This document shows, piece by piece, positions 8,918 to 18,024 of a stretch of DNA of 64,000 nt. The DNA is taken from positions 2,428 through 66,427 of the forward strand of contig JBFHFF010000004.1 of NCBI GenBank assembly GCA_041583775.1, read 5' to 3'. Under the pieces are notes generated by a model, which was given only the letters and a program-made list of their open reading frames with translations, was not told where the DNA came from and did no database searches. Source of the stretch: Candidatus Moraniibacteriota bacterium (GTDB lineage Bacteria; Patescibacteriota; Minisyncoccia; Moranbacterales; DUUL01). Within the stretch, counting starts at the first letter, position 1, and each line of letters begins with the position of its first letter. The position numbers and the translations under genes are program-made.

Positions 8918-10738
8918 ATGTGTGGAATTGTAGGTTACATTGGCAAAAATAAAGCTCTACCGATTTTGTTGAATGGGCTAAAAAAACTAGAATATCGTGG
9001 TTATGATTCAGCCGGAGTTGCTGTTTTTGGAGAGAACCCGAAGGTTTTTAAATCACTCGGAAAAATAAAAGAACTTGAAAAAAAAATCGGAGGACAGAAA
9101 ATTGAAGGTACAGTTGGAATTGCTCACACTCGTTGGGCAACACATGGAAAGCCTTCAGAGGTGAATGCGCATCCACACACTGATTGCAAGGGGAAGATTC
9201 AAGTTGTACACAATGGAATCATTGAGAATTATGTTGAATTGAAAGAAAAGCTCAAAAAGAAAGGACATAAATTTCGTTCGCAAACTGACAGCGAAGTAAT
9301 CCCTCATTTGATTGAGGATTTATACAAGGGAGATTTGACTGAAACATTCAAAGAAGTTTTGCAAATCATTAAAGGAGCCTATGGAATTGTGGTTTTTTCA
9401 AAAGATGAGCCCGATAAACTTTTAGTAGCACGACATGGAAGTCCACTTGTGATTGGAATTGGGAGAAGTGAAACAGTCATTGCTTCTGATGTCTGCGCAA
9501 TTTTGCAATACACCAAAAAAGTTATCTATCTTGAAGATGGGGAAATGGCAGAAATTGGGCGTGATGATTTCAGAGTCTTTGATGCGAGTTTGAATTTGAT
9601 AAAAAAGAACATTGAAAATGTGGAATGGGAAATTGAAGAATCTTCTAAGAAGGGCTTTGAACACTATATGTTGAAAGAAATCTTTGAACAGCCAAAATCT
9701 TTACAAGATTCCTTTGGGGGAAGAATTTCTTTAGATAATGGAACTGCAAGATTAGGAGGATTGACCGAAGTTGCTGATAGAATGCGTGGAATTGAGAGAA
9801 TAATAATTGTGGCTTGTGGAACAGCTTGGCATGCTGGGCTTGTCGGTGAATATATGTTGGAGGAATATGCTGGAATTCCAGTTGAAGTCGAGTGGGCGAG
9901 TGAATTTCGCTATCGCAATCCAATTTTGGATGACAAAACCACAGTGATTGCAATCAGCCAATCTGGAGAAACAGCCGACACTCTCGCAGGGATTCGAGAA
10001 GCAAAAAATAAAGGCGCTTTGGTTCTGGGAATTGTGAATTCGGTTGGCTCGACAATTGCCAGAGAAACAGATGCCGGGATATATAATCATATTGGGCCAG
10101 AAATTTCAGTTGCATCGACAAAAGCTTTTACTTCTCAAGTTGCTATCTTAGCTCTTATAACTGTTTTTCTTGGACGACAACGGCGTATGTCTCTTGTAAT
10201 GGGAAAAAGGATCTTGGAAGAACTTTCACTATTGCCAGAGAAGATTGAGGAATTTCTGAAGGATAATGACATCGAAAGAATTGCGAAGAAATATCACAAA
10301 GCTAAAAACTTTGCATTTTTAGGGAGAAAATATTGTCAGCCACTTGCGTTTGAAGGCGCTTTGAAGTTGAAAGAAATTTCCTATATTCACGCAGAAGGAT
10401 TTGCGTCTGGTGAAATGAAACACGGATCAATTGCCCTAATTGATAAAGATTTCCCTTCCTTTTTTATCGCTCCAAAAGACAGTGTTTATGATAAAAATGT
10501 GAGTAATATAGAAGAAATTAAATCTCGAGGAGGAAGTATAATTGCTATTACCACAAAGGGCAATAAACTACTTGAAAAAACAATAGATGATGTTATTTAT
10601 ATCCCTAAAACATTGGAAATGTTGACACCAATTTTAGCGACAATACCATTGCAACTTTTTGCATATTATGTAGCAAGAATGAAGGGTTTAGATGTTGATA
10701 AGCCAAGAAATCTTGCCAAGAGTGTCACAGTAGAGTAG
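8918..10738 (+). CDS. glmS: Glutamine-fructose-6-phosphate transaminase
   Basis: MCGIVGY, LEYRGYDSAG, HTRWATHG, SQSGETADT, PRNLAKSVTVE. Confidence 0.98.
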   Translation: MCGIVGYIGKNKALPILLNGLKKLEYRGYDSAGVAVFGENPKVFKSLGKIKELEKKIGGQKIEGTVGIAHTRWATHGKPSEVNAHPHTDCKGKIQVVHNGIIENYVELKEKLKKKGHKFRSQTDSEVIPHLIEDLYKGDLTETFKEVLQIIKGAYGIVVFSKDEPDKLLVARHGSPLVIGIGRSETVIASDVCAILQYTKKVIYLEDGEMAEIGRDDFRVFDASLNLIKKNIENVEWEIEESSKKGFEHYMLKEIFEQPKSLQDSFGGRISLDNGTARLGGLTEVADRMRGIERIIIVACGTAWHAGLVGEYMLEEYAGIPVEVEWASEFRYRNPILDDKTTVIAISQSGETADTLAGIREAKNKGALVLGIVNSVGSTIARETDAGIYNHIGPEISVASTKAFTSQVAILALITVFLGRQRRMSLVMGKRILEELSLLPEKIEEFLKDNDIERIAKKYHKAKNFAFLGRKYCQPLAFEGALKLKEISYIHAEGFASGEMKHGSIALIDKDFPSFFIAPKDSVYDKNVSNIEEIKSRGGSIIAITTKGNKLLEKTIDDVIYIPKTLEMLTPILATIPLQLFAYYVARMKGLDVDKPRNLAKSVTVE

Positions 10739-10874
10739 CGATTTGAGTCTATTGAAAAAAAGAAGCGGTAATGTTAATATACAGTACCGTTCTTTTTATT
10801 AATAAAAGTGATGTAGAAATCTTCAAGGAAAACACTCCTTGAACAGAAGAAAAACGCTGGGAGGCGGATAAAAA

Positions 10875-11867
10875 ATGGTAGATATGAGTTTTTTGCCTGA
10901 AGAAGTTAGGGCCACAGAAGTAATTGGAAAACTTGAAGATGCTGGTTTCAAGCATATTCATACAGGAAAGACAACAGAAGTTTTTGCTCATCCTCTTGAG
11001 CTAGATTTGCTTGTTTTGTATTCGACAGACAGGTGTGTCGTTGATGGCATTGTTCTGGGAGAGTTTCTTCAGGGGAGAGGGCTTTTCAATACGGCCTTGA
11101 ATATTTATTGGCTGAAAAGGATCTTCCATGATTGGAAGAATCATTTTGTTGCTTCTGGTTCTGCGATTAGAAGAATTTTTCCTAGTTTTCCAAGCGACGA
11201 TGAAATGCTGGGAAGATGCTTGGTTGTTAGAAGAGTGGAGATGCCCAGAATTAGGGTAGTCGTTCACGGTAACTTTGTTGGAAATTCCTTTGACGCATAC
11301 AAAGATGGTTTTTGGCAAAGACTTGGATATAATCTCCCGAGTAATTTAAAGGAGGGTGCTAAGTTAAGCAGGAATATTTTTGTTCCATTAATTAAATCTT
11401 CAGAGGGGGTTTATAAAGAAGCTTCTTTTGAGGCGATGGTTATTTCTTTAGGTGGTCTTCGCACCATTGCTATGCAAATAAAAAAACTTAGCCTTGGTAT
11501 TTTCAAAAGAGCAAATGATATCACTCGAACCAGAAATGTTTTGATCGCCAATGCAAAATTCGAGTTTGGCGTTTGGTATAACGAAGAGGGGGATTATTGG
11601 GAGTTGTTTTTGACTGGTCAAGTTCTTACTCCAAGAACAGCACTGTTTTTAAGATATAACCCCAAAAAAGAAATTCCCCTAGAGGTTTGCGGAGAGCAGG
11701 CTCTGATTGATTGGGGAGGCCAAGTCAAGCTTAAAGCTGATCCGTCACATTGTCCTCCACGAAAATTTCTTGAGCAAAAAAGCGATTGGTATAGGATTCT
11801 TCTGGAAAGACTTTCTGGTGAGGAAGCAGAAAAATTTTTCCGTTTTGAAATGGGAATAGGGAAATAA
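10875..11867 (+). CDS. Divergent SAICAR synthetase (PurC)-like protein with substituted active-site motifs
   Basis: Collinear with PurC at 38730 (GKTTE, TDR, NAKFEFG, VLTP) but several acidic/Arg catalytic positions differ. Confidence 0.75.
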   Translation: MVDMSFLPEEVRATEVIGKLEDAGFKHIHTGKTTEVFAHPLELDLLVLYSTDRCVVDGIVLGEFLQGRGLFNTALNIYWLKRIFHDWKNHFVASGSAIRRIFPSFPSDDEMLGRCLVVRRVEMPRIRVVVHGNFVGNSFDAYKDGFWQRLGYNLPSNLKEGAKLSRNIFVPLIKSSEGVYKEASFEAMVISLGGLRTIAMQIKKLSLGIFKRANDITRTRNVLIANAKFEFGVWYNEEGDYWELFLTGQVLTPRTALFLRYNPKKEIPLEVCGEQALIDWGGQVKLKADPSHCPPRKFLEQKSDWYRILLERLSGEEAEKFFRFEMGIGK

Positions 11868-11875
11868 TTTTCCGA

Positions 11876-11915
11876 AAAAGTTGCCGCAATCCATTGTGAC
11901 CGTGGCAACTTTTTT
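11876..11915 (+). terminator. Intrinsic terminator; a second hairpin follows at about 11922-11958
   Basis: AAAAAGTTGCC...GGCAACTTTTTT. Confidence 0.75.
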
Positions 11916-11998
11916 ATAAAAAAAGACCTTTATTACAAGATTTTGTGACAAAGGTCTTCGTTGTTAATTTTTTAAGAAAAAAAGAAAATTGCCAGTTT

Positions 11999-13066
11999 TT
12001 ATAAATCAGCAAGAATCGCCGATATTTTTTCGATGGTTTCTTTCACCCCAAGCTTTCCTTGCATTTCTGTGCTCAACAACTCTTCTTTTCGAAGGTGAGA
12101 GAGTATTAAGATGTTCAAAATTTCTTTTGGCACTTCCGTTTCGTGCTCTTTTGTGCTTAACACTAAAGCACAAGGAGCTTCATCAGTTGGGTCAATTGCG
12201 ACAGCAAAAATTTCACAATCCGGAATCGGGTTTTTATTGAAATGTTTTTCAAGAAATGCAATGTGATCGAGAATTTTAGATTCCGATTTTTCAAGTTCCA
12301 TTAAGGACCACACAAGAGAGCTTTCCAGAGTTGCAACCTCATCAGAAATTCTTTTCAAATCTTGTTGCAGGCGAAGTATTATTGCGCCATCCCTTGGATC
12401 AATGAGTTTTTTTTCAACACCACTCTCGTCACCCTCGTCGCTGAAAGAAATGAAATAATTTTCATCATCTTCTTTTGTGACGAGGAGATACTCATAGGGT
12501 TCTTGTTCATCATGAACAATGAATTCTGGGCAGCTACAAAATAGATAATAGCCCAATGTTTTCTGGAGAGTTTCTTCTTTGTTGATCACCTCCTCTTGTT
12601 CTTTAGATACTGCATCAATCTCTTCTTCAAAGAATTCCTTTTTTTGTTTAAGAATAACGACTTCTTCAATGGCCTGCCCAACAGCAGAATTTTTAAATCC
12701 CTTGATTATTTGAGGAAAAGATCCTCGATATAAGGAACTCACATTTCCGTTTCCGCTGATTTTCAGGCTATGGGCAATCGCAGTGACACATAAAAGCATT
12801 GGGTCCAAAATGAATACTTTGTCGGGGGTCATAGAACTAATTGCTCTTATGTTTTTTGTAATTTCTTCCGGCAACAGCCTTTCAGAAACTGTTCTGTGAA
12901 ACCCTGGCTTTTTTTCTAACCAGTCGTCGGCACTGTTCAGAAAAAGAATTGCGCCTATATCTTTTGGCTGGTTTGAAAACTCTTTTTCTGAAAAGTCAAA
13001 AAAATCTCTCAGAATTTCTAATAAATCAACTTCTGTTTCTGGTTGATTATAAAAAAATTTTTTCAT
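11999..13066 (-). CDS. Hypothetical acidic coiled-coil protein
   Basis: Long ORF; start placed at the ATG after AAAGGAG (ORF track start 13102); no family recognised. Confidence 0.65.
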   Translation of the reverse strand: MKKFFYNQPETEVDLLEILRDFFDFSEKEFSNQPKDIGAILFLNSADDWLEKKPGFHRTVSERLLPEEITKNIRAISSMTPDKVFILDPMLLCVTAIAHSLKISGNGNVSSLYRGSFPQIIKGFKNSAVGQAIEEVVILKQKKEFFEEEIDAVSKEQEEVINKEETLQKTLGYYLFCSCPEFIVHDEQEPYEYLLVTKEDDENYFISFSDEGDESGVEKKLIDPRDGAIILRLQQDLKRISDEVATLESSLVWSLMELEKSESKILDHIAFLEKHFNKNPIPDCEIFAVAIDPTDEAPCALVLSTKEHETEVPKEILNILILSHLRKEELLSTEMQGKLGVKETIEKISAILADL

Positions 13067-13266
13067 TTCCCTTTTCTCCTTTTTATAAAGAACTTCGTTC
13101 ATTGCATCATTGCAAAAGACCGAATAACAATAGCATTGTGGAATTTTTTTGTAAATATTTTAAAGTTTTTTAAAATAAAAAAACGAAAAACAGTAAAGTC
13201 AATCGTTTATAAAATTGTGGTGGGGTGGCCTTGGTTGAGCCACCCCAATGAAATGCAAGATCCAGA

Positions 13267-13374
13267 TCACCCCCTTTTAGCGTAGGTAATAAGCATTTTT
13301 TGGTGGAAAGTGAGTAAATGATTTCTCACTCTATTTTCAACATATACTCTTTTGAGCCGTTCTGTTCTTGTCAT
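13267..13374 (-). CDS. Putative 35-aa small protein (MTRTERLKRVYVENRVRNHLLTFHQKMLITYAKRG)
   Basis: GGAGGT ribosome-binding site before the ATG; GC-rich hairpin (GGGGTGGC...GCCACCCC) just downstream. Confidence 0.4.
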   Translation of the reverse strand: MTRTERLKRVYVENRVRNHLLTFHQKMLITYAKRG

Positions 13375-13497
13375 AGTACCTCCGCTTTTGCTGAAGTTAA
13401 TCTTTTTTAACCCTCTTGTTTTAGGGGTCAATGCCTAACTAGAGTCTATCCTCTGATTTTAAATAAAGCAAATTAAGGAATGAATGGGAAATAGAAA

Positions 13498-13532
13498 GGT
13501 CGCATTCTCGAAGTTTTGAGAATGCGACCCTT
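13498..13532 (-). terminator. Hairpin terminator after 13537..13914
   Basis: GGTCGCATTCTC-gaagtttt-GAGAATGCGACC. Confidence 0.7.
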
Positions 13533-13536
13533 GTTT

Positions 13537-13914
13537 TCATTGGAGTGTGTTGTTTGTTGGCAATTTCTTGCTTACCATCGAAATCAATTGATCAACGCCA
13601 AAAAGATATTCGATTACACACCTATGGAGGAAACAGTTTAGTAAATTTATTTTTTCATCTGATATGTTGGCTCTCTTTGTGCGACAATTGTCGCACAGGT
13701 CGTAGAGCGCAACACTTAAACAGATGTTTACTATGTCTTTTGAAATTGCCAAACGCAACTCCAGTAAAAAATTTTTTGCACCAACGAGATGCTTTATTTG
13801 ATAAGATGGGTCAAAGAAATGACTCGTGTCGCAACCTTCTTGTAAGATTGCGTTCAGTTTTTCTGTGATGAAAAAATCGAAATCCGCCAAAGATTCGCTT
13901 GGATAATTCATCAT
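13537..13914 (-). CDS. Hypothetical protein
   Basis: AGGAGG SD upstream and hairpin downstream; no family recognised. Confidence 0.6.
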   Translation of the reverse strand: MMNYPSESLADFDFFITEKLNAILQEGCDTSHFFDPSYQIKHLVGAKNFLLELRLAISKDIVNICLSVALYDLCDNCRTKRANISDEKINLLNCFLHRCVIEYLFGVDQLISMVSKKLPTNNTLQ

Positions 13915-14194
13915 AGTCTCTCCTCCTAGAAAGATTAAAATAATAAAATAATAAAGAACAGTATTATAATATTTACTATTGTATTATACAACAAAATAAT
14001 ATTTTTGTAAATAGTGACTTGTTTGTTAAATGAATTTTTAATTTATACTAAAAATAAAAAATGATCGGAGTATCCATTTGTTGAAACTTGGAAAGGCTTG
14101 ATATTAATAGTAAAATATGTCAAGATGCAGTGTTCTCAATTTCGGGAATAGTAATTGGTATTTTCAAAAAAGAAGATTAAAAAGGAGGATTGGA

Positions 14195-14635
14195 ATGTGG
14201 GAAAGAATTAAATTCATAGAAGCAACCCAATGGCTTTTATTGACAGATGAAAAGTCTAAATGGCTTTTATTGTCGAAATCGGATAAGGCCAAAGCTTCTA
14301 TGCAAGAAATAAAAATACTTGCATATGAATTGGTGAACACTTTTTTGTTGGAGGAAATCCCTCCTCCCGAAGGAGCTCTTGATAAAAAAAGAAGGAATGA
14401 GCTGGCTTTTTATGCTTTGGATCCAGAAAAACAACTGGAGATAGCTTTCCGCGTGGAAAATGACGGAGTCCATCTGTCTGAAGAGCGACAAAATCAAGTC
14501 GCATTTGAGATTTTAAAAGAAACTCTTTTAGCTGAGGCCAAGGTTTTGGCGGAAAAAATTTCCATTTCCACTGATAATGCGAAAGACTTCATCGCCAAGA
14601 AGATACTTTTATCTTTAGACGCGATGAAGTGGTGA
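14195..14635 (+). CDS. Hypothetical helical protein A (distant paralog of 16775..17206)
   Basis: AAGGAGG SD before ATG 14195; shared RNxxAyxxL and C-terminal helix pattern; identical downstream terminator. Confidence 0.65.
   Translation: MWERIKFIEATQWLLLTDEKSKWLLLSKSDKAKASMQEIKILAYELVNTFLLEEIPPPEGALDKKRRNELAFYALDPEKQLEIAFRVENDGVHLSEERQNQVAFEILKETLLAEAKVLAEKISISTDNAKDFIAKKILLSLDAMKW
14442..14557 (+). repeat. 116-bp direct repeat, copy 1 (inside gene A)
   Basis: Matches 16495..16610 with one mismatch. Confidence 0.92.
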
Positions 14636-14646
14636 AAAAATCACCA

Positions 14647-14686
14647 CAAAAACGACAAATCCAAAACATCGGATTTTGTCGTTTTT
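14647..14686 (+). terminator. Terminator, identical to 17229..17268
   Basis: CAAAAACGACAAATCCAAAACATCGGATTTTGTCGTTTTT occurs twice. Confidence 0.85.
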
Positions 14687-14773
14687 ATTTTGCGGAAAAA
14701 AATGACTTTGCAGATATAAAAAAGGTTCAGTGATAAATGGTCCTTGAGCCTTTTTTATATCTTCTTTGTATTC

Positions 14774-14824
14774 CTACGATAAAGCCTCAAATTCAAAACT
14801 AGACTTAAGATTTTAATGGTAGGG
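14774..14824. repeat. 51-bp hairpin-forming direct repeat M, copy 1
   Basis: 43/51 identical to 16314..16364; CTAC...GTAG closing stem. Confidence 0.85.
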
Positions 14825-14861
14825 CAGAACTCATTAGTTTTTAATGAGTTCTGCCGGATGA

Positions 14862-16235
14862 TTATTTTTTTTTGTTCCAAGGAACTCGTCCAAATCCTTG
14901 GCTAGGATCAGAACCGTTTTTCAAAAAAACGATCCCATTTTTTTCCCTCCATATCATTTGTTGCGATATGGGAAGCATTCCTTGAATGCTTCGTTTGACT
15001 TTTATTGCCAAATTATTGGCCAAAAGGATGTTGTCAGGAACATTTTCTAGTTCCTGTGTGGGCGTTCTTTCACATTCTAGACGGATGTTTTTTATCGCCC
15101 ACTCTGGTAGATGGGGAGTTTCTTTGGCTGGCGAGCCATTTCCCCTCCATGAGGAAATCTTTTCATTGGTAATTCCCCCAGAATTACCATCTTTTTCCCA
15201 GGTTTTTTCCCACCAGACACTTTGGCCTTTGGGGAGGATAATTACATCTTCATCCCCTCTTTGATTTGTGAGAAAAAAACCAAACTTTTTTTCATTTGAA
15301 ATTATACTGACGATTTCGTCAGTCAATTTCCTCCGAAGAATACTGACCGGATGATGAAACATCGCTTGGTCAAAAATCTCCGGATCAATTCCCTCCTCCA
15401 AGGTGTAGTATGGTTTTGCTGACTTGGTCAGCGTTTTTACATGTTGCGGTAGAAGCTTACCTTCTGCAGCAAGCTTCAAAAGCTCCAATCGACGATTTTT
15501 AAAATCTTCGATGGTGAGATTTTTATCCCACCAAGGATCTTTCAACTTGCCCTCATAGCCAATCATCCTCCACAAATCCATTTCAACGCTGATTTGCAGG
15601 AGGACATATTCCAAGTCTGCCCCTTCTGCAATGTATACCTGTTTAATTTGGCGTTCATTGCTCCAGTTTACGGCAAAACTTCCACCAGTTACCAATACCT
15701 CATCTGCCCTAATTGGACAGTTTTGGTGATATTGATTCGAGTGGTAACCCACCCTTGGTGACTCACTTATGATACTTTCTTGGCCGTCAGTGGTAATATA
15801 CCACCAATTTCCTCCCCTGTAAGTTGAGTGTGAGCAGTTACTCCCTCGTTGATACATCTTGTGATGTATCTCCTTCACATAGTCCACTCTTACGAGTGGA
15901 TCTATTGACATGACGAATTTTTCCAATTTGTTATTACCTGCTGACTTTGTCCAACAGTCAGCGGTTCCGGTTGTGTTCTTAAAAAACATATTCTTTCCCG
16001 CGTTTTTTTCAATATCGAAATGCCATATTTCATGTCTCCGAGCACCTGAAGTGCTGGTGACATGAAGGACGCCCTTAGATGTCCAACCATACCAGGTGTG
16101 TGATATGTTTATTTGATTATTTTTTGTTCCAGCTTTTACGCTTGAAACTACTTGCTCAAATCTTGTGTTTGAAATCATTTTAACATCCTCCACTCCGAAC
16201 CCTGGAGTTAGGGGGCGGGAAATCCGCTTTGTCAT
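14862..16235 (-). CDS. Hypothetical protein (457 aa, Trp/Gly-rich, ORFan-like)
   Basis: Long ORF with its own promoter and downstream hairpins; no family recognised. Confidence 0.75.
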   Translation of the reverse strand: MTKRISRPLTPGFGVEDVKMISNTRFEQVVSSVKAGTKNNQINISHTWYGWTSKGVLHVTSTSGARRHEIWHFDIEKNAGKNMFFKNTTGTADCWTKSAGNNKLEKFVMSIDPLVRVDYVKEIHHKMYQRGSNCSHSTYRGGNWWYITTDGQESIISESPRVGYHSNQYHQNCPIRADEVLVTGGSFAVNWSNERQIKQVYIAEGADLEYVLLQISVEMDLWRMIGYEGKLKDPWWDKNLTIEDFKNRRLELLKLAAEGKLLPQHVKTLTKSAKPYYTLEEGIDPEIFDQAMFHHPVSILRRKLTDEIVSIISNEKKFGFFLTNQRGDEDVIILPKGQSVWWEKTWEKDGNSGGITNEKISSWRGNGSPAKETPHLPEWAIKNIRLECERTPTQELENVPDNILLANNLAIKVKRSIQGMLPISQQMIWREKNGIVFLKNGSDPSQGFGRVPWNKKK

Positions 16236-16313
16236 TTTTCCATTACTTCACCAATTCCAGATTCTTTCTCAAAAATCCAAAAGCAGTGAAGTAAATTTTT
16301 TTAAAGTACGACT

Positions 16314-16364
16314 CTACAATAAAACCTCAAATTCAAAATTAAGTTTGAGATTTTAATAGTAGGG
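16314..16364. repeat. 51-bp hairpin-forming direct repeat M, copy 2
   Basis: 43/51 identical to 14774..14824; all differences are transitions. Confidence 0.85.
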
Positions 16365-16420
16365 GTAAAATATTTTTTTACCTTAACCTATTATCATAAA
16401 AACTATTCTTATAATTTTTT

Positions 16421-16449
16421 AATATAGCATATTTTGAATTATTTGTCAA
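16421..16449 (-). promoter_or_regulatory. Sigma70 promoter for 14862..16235
   Basis: Minus strand TTGACA-17 nt-TATATT with TG extension. Confidence 0.6.
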
Positions 16450-16484
16450 GGATTGTAACATTGCAGCGTCAAGTTTACACTTTT

Positions 16485-16610
16485 CAATTGGGGCTAGCTT
16501 TCCGCGTGGAAAATGACGGAGTCCATCTGTCTGAAGAGCGACAAAATCAAGTCGCATTTGAGATTTTAAAAGAAACTCTTTTAGCTGAGGCCAAGGCTTT
16601 GGCGGAAAAA
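16485..16610 (+). pseudogene. Duplicated internal fragment of gene A
   Basis: Encodes AFRVENDGVHLSEERQNQVAFEILKETLLAEAK without the 5' or 3' parts of the gene. Confidence 0.8.
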
Positions 16611-16774
16611 TATTTTTTATTCCCCAACATCCTCGATTTTATCTGAACAAGAAAATAACAATAGTACTTGACGAAATGGTTGTATTGTGCCATTGTATAA
16701 AATTCTCAAAGATGGGAATTGGGGACAAAGCCTTCCCTTGGAAATAGGCAAGTTTTTTGAAATGGGAGAGAGAT

Positions 16775-17206
16775 ATGGATATCACAAGATTTAATGAATT
16801 GGCAGGAAAGCTTTTTTTGGCCGAAAGGGTAGATTTGCCAATGTTTTTGGCTGAAAATAGCAGCTTCTCTGAATGTGAGTATAGAAAATTTTTTGCAGAG
16901 CTCGCAAAGAATATTCAGGGATCGAGATCTGAGAAAGGTCAGATCCCCATTGAAGCAAGAAATTTGATGGCATATGAGCTTTTGTGTCATCAAGGTAATG
17001 AAACATTGCTCAACCAAAAAGTTGTTGAGCTTGATGTAAGAAAGGAAAATGAGCTTTACCAACTAGGATGGGACCTGTTGTTGACGCAAATAGAGGAGAA
17101 AAACCTTTATTTTGCTAGAAAGGTTGGCATTGCCATTTCAGAATCTCGAGCGTTTTGCGTTAGAATGCTCGAGTTTGTTTCTCAGGATACTTCCCTGGAT
17201 ATTTAA
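16775..17206 (+). CDS. Hypothetical helical protein B (distant paralog of gene A)
   Basis: GGGAGAG upstream of the ATG; similar size, motifs and terminator as 14195..14635. Confidence 0.6.
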   Translation: MDITRFNELAGKLFLAERVDLPMFLAENSSFSECEYRKFFAELAKNIQGSRSEKGQIPIEARNLMAYELLCHQGNETLLNQKVVELDVRKENELYQLGWDLLLTQIEEKNLYFARKVGIAISESRAFCVRMLEFVSQDTSLDI

Positions 17207-17228
17207 ATTACCCCAGGGAAGTTTTCCG

Positions 17229-17268
17229 CAAAAACGACAAATCCAAAACATCGGATTTTGTCGTTTTT
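17229..17268 (+). terminator. Terminator, identical to 14647..14686
   Basis: 40-bp exact copy; hairpin with U-tract. Confidence 0.85.
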
Positions 17269-17327
17269 TATTTCAAAAGAACTTAATAACGGGATACAGA
17301 ACTTTTCTTGTTCCTATGTCAAATTGC

Positions 17328-17356
17328 TTGACAAATCACCTTTGATGTGTTATTCT
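17328..17356 (+). promoter_or_regulatory. Putative sigma70 promoter for 17487..17999
   Basis: TTGACA-17 nt-TATTCT with TG extension. Confidence 0.5.
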
Positions 17357-17486
17357 GCGAAGTTATTAATAGTTCTTTAACAATCCACCTAAAGCTTTCA
17401 CTTTCCGATTTTCATCTTTTTCTTTTCTCTAACTTGAGATGAAAATTGGAAAGTGGAGGGATATCAAATAAAAAAGGAGGGGACAA

Positions 17487-17999
17487 ATGAAAAATCATAT
17501 CACAATGGAAGTAAGAGTAAAGAATATTCCTTTGTGGGGTATGTGGTTTCTTTTGACGGGGTTCATTATAATCGTCCCGTTTGAAAAAATTATGGAGGTA
17601 TATTTTCACATTGAATTCAATGTGGTTATTGCTGAAGCAATTAGGCTTTTGGCGTGGTTCGCTTCTGTTTTAATTTTACTCAAGCGCTGTGAAGTTGTGA
17701 AGTGGCATGAGCTCGCCAATGGCGTTGTTGATTGGAGGCAAGTTCCTATCAAAGGAGGATTTTGTTGTAACGCAGAGGTCCTCATCTATTTTGAGGATGG
17801 GAAAATAAGAAAAATATTAAAGAAACCTCTCTATAAGGAGTTCGGGGAAACTTCTATTGATTTCTATTGTGAAGAAGAATCAGGAGGGGAGTCTTTAAAT
17901 AATAAAGATTTCAGTGAGGAATCCCCTGCGCTTCTTAGTGACGAAGAATTCGGAGAGGAATCTCCTGCATTTATTAGCGAAAAAGAGCCCAGAAATTAG
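17487..17999 (+). CDS. Hypothetical 2-TM membrane protein with acidic C-terminal repeats
   Basis: AAGGAGG SD; two hydrophobic segments; FxEESPA 13-aa repeat twice. Confidence 0.65.
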   Translation: MKNHITMEVRVKNIPLWGMWFLLTGFIIIVPFEKIMEVYFHIEFNVVIAEAIRLLAWFASVLILLKRCEVVKWHELANGVVDWRQVPIKGGFCCNAEVLIYFEDGKIRKILKKPLYKEFGETSIDFYCEEESGGESLNNKDFSEESPALLSDEEFGEESPAFISEKEPRN

Positions 18000-18024
18000 T
18001 CTTTTATAGGTCTCTTAATCTTAT

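Noticed and set aside
13678-13697. Perfect palindrome TGTGCGACAATTGTCGCACA resembling dif arms
   Set aside because: Arms are back-to-back with no 6-bp spacer and it lies inside a coding region (LCDNCRT); probably chance
14774-16364. Integron attC sites or CRISPR repeats
   Set aside because: No RYYYAAC/GTTRRRY ends, only two copies 1.5 kb apart, and no integrase or cas genes
14442-16610. Diversity-generating retroelement TR/VR pair
   Set aside because: Only one mismatch (T/C, not adenine-specific), the target is mid-gene, and no reverse transcriptase is in the window
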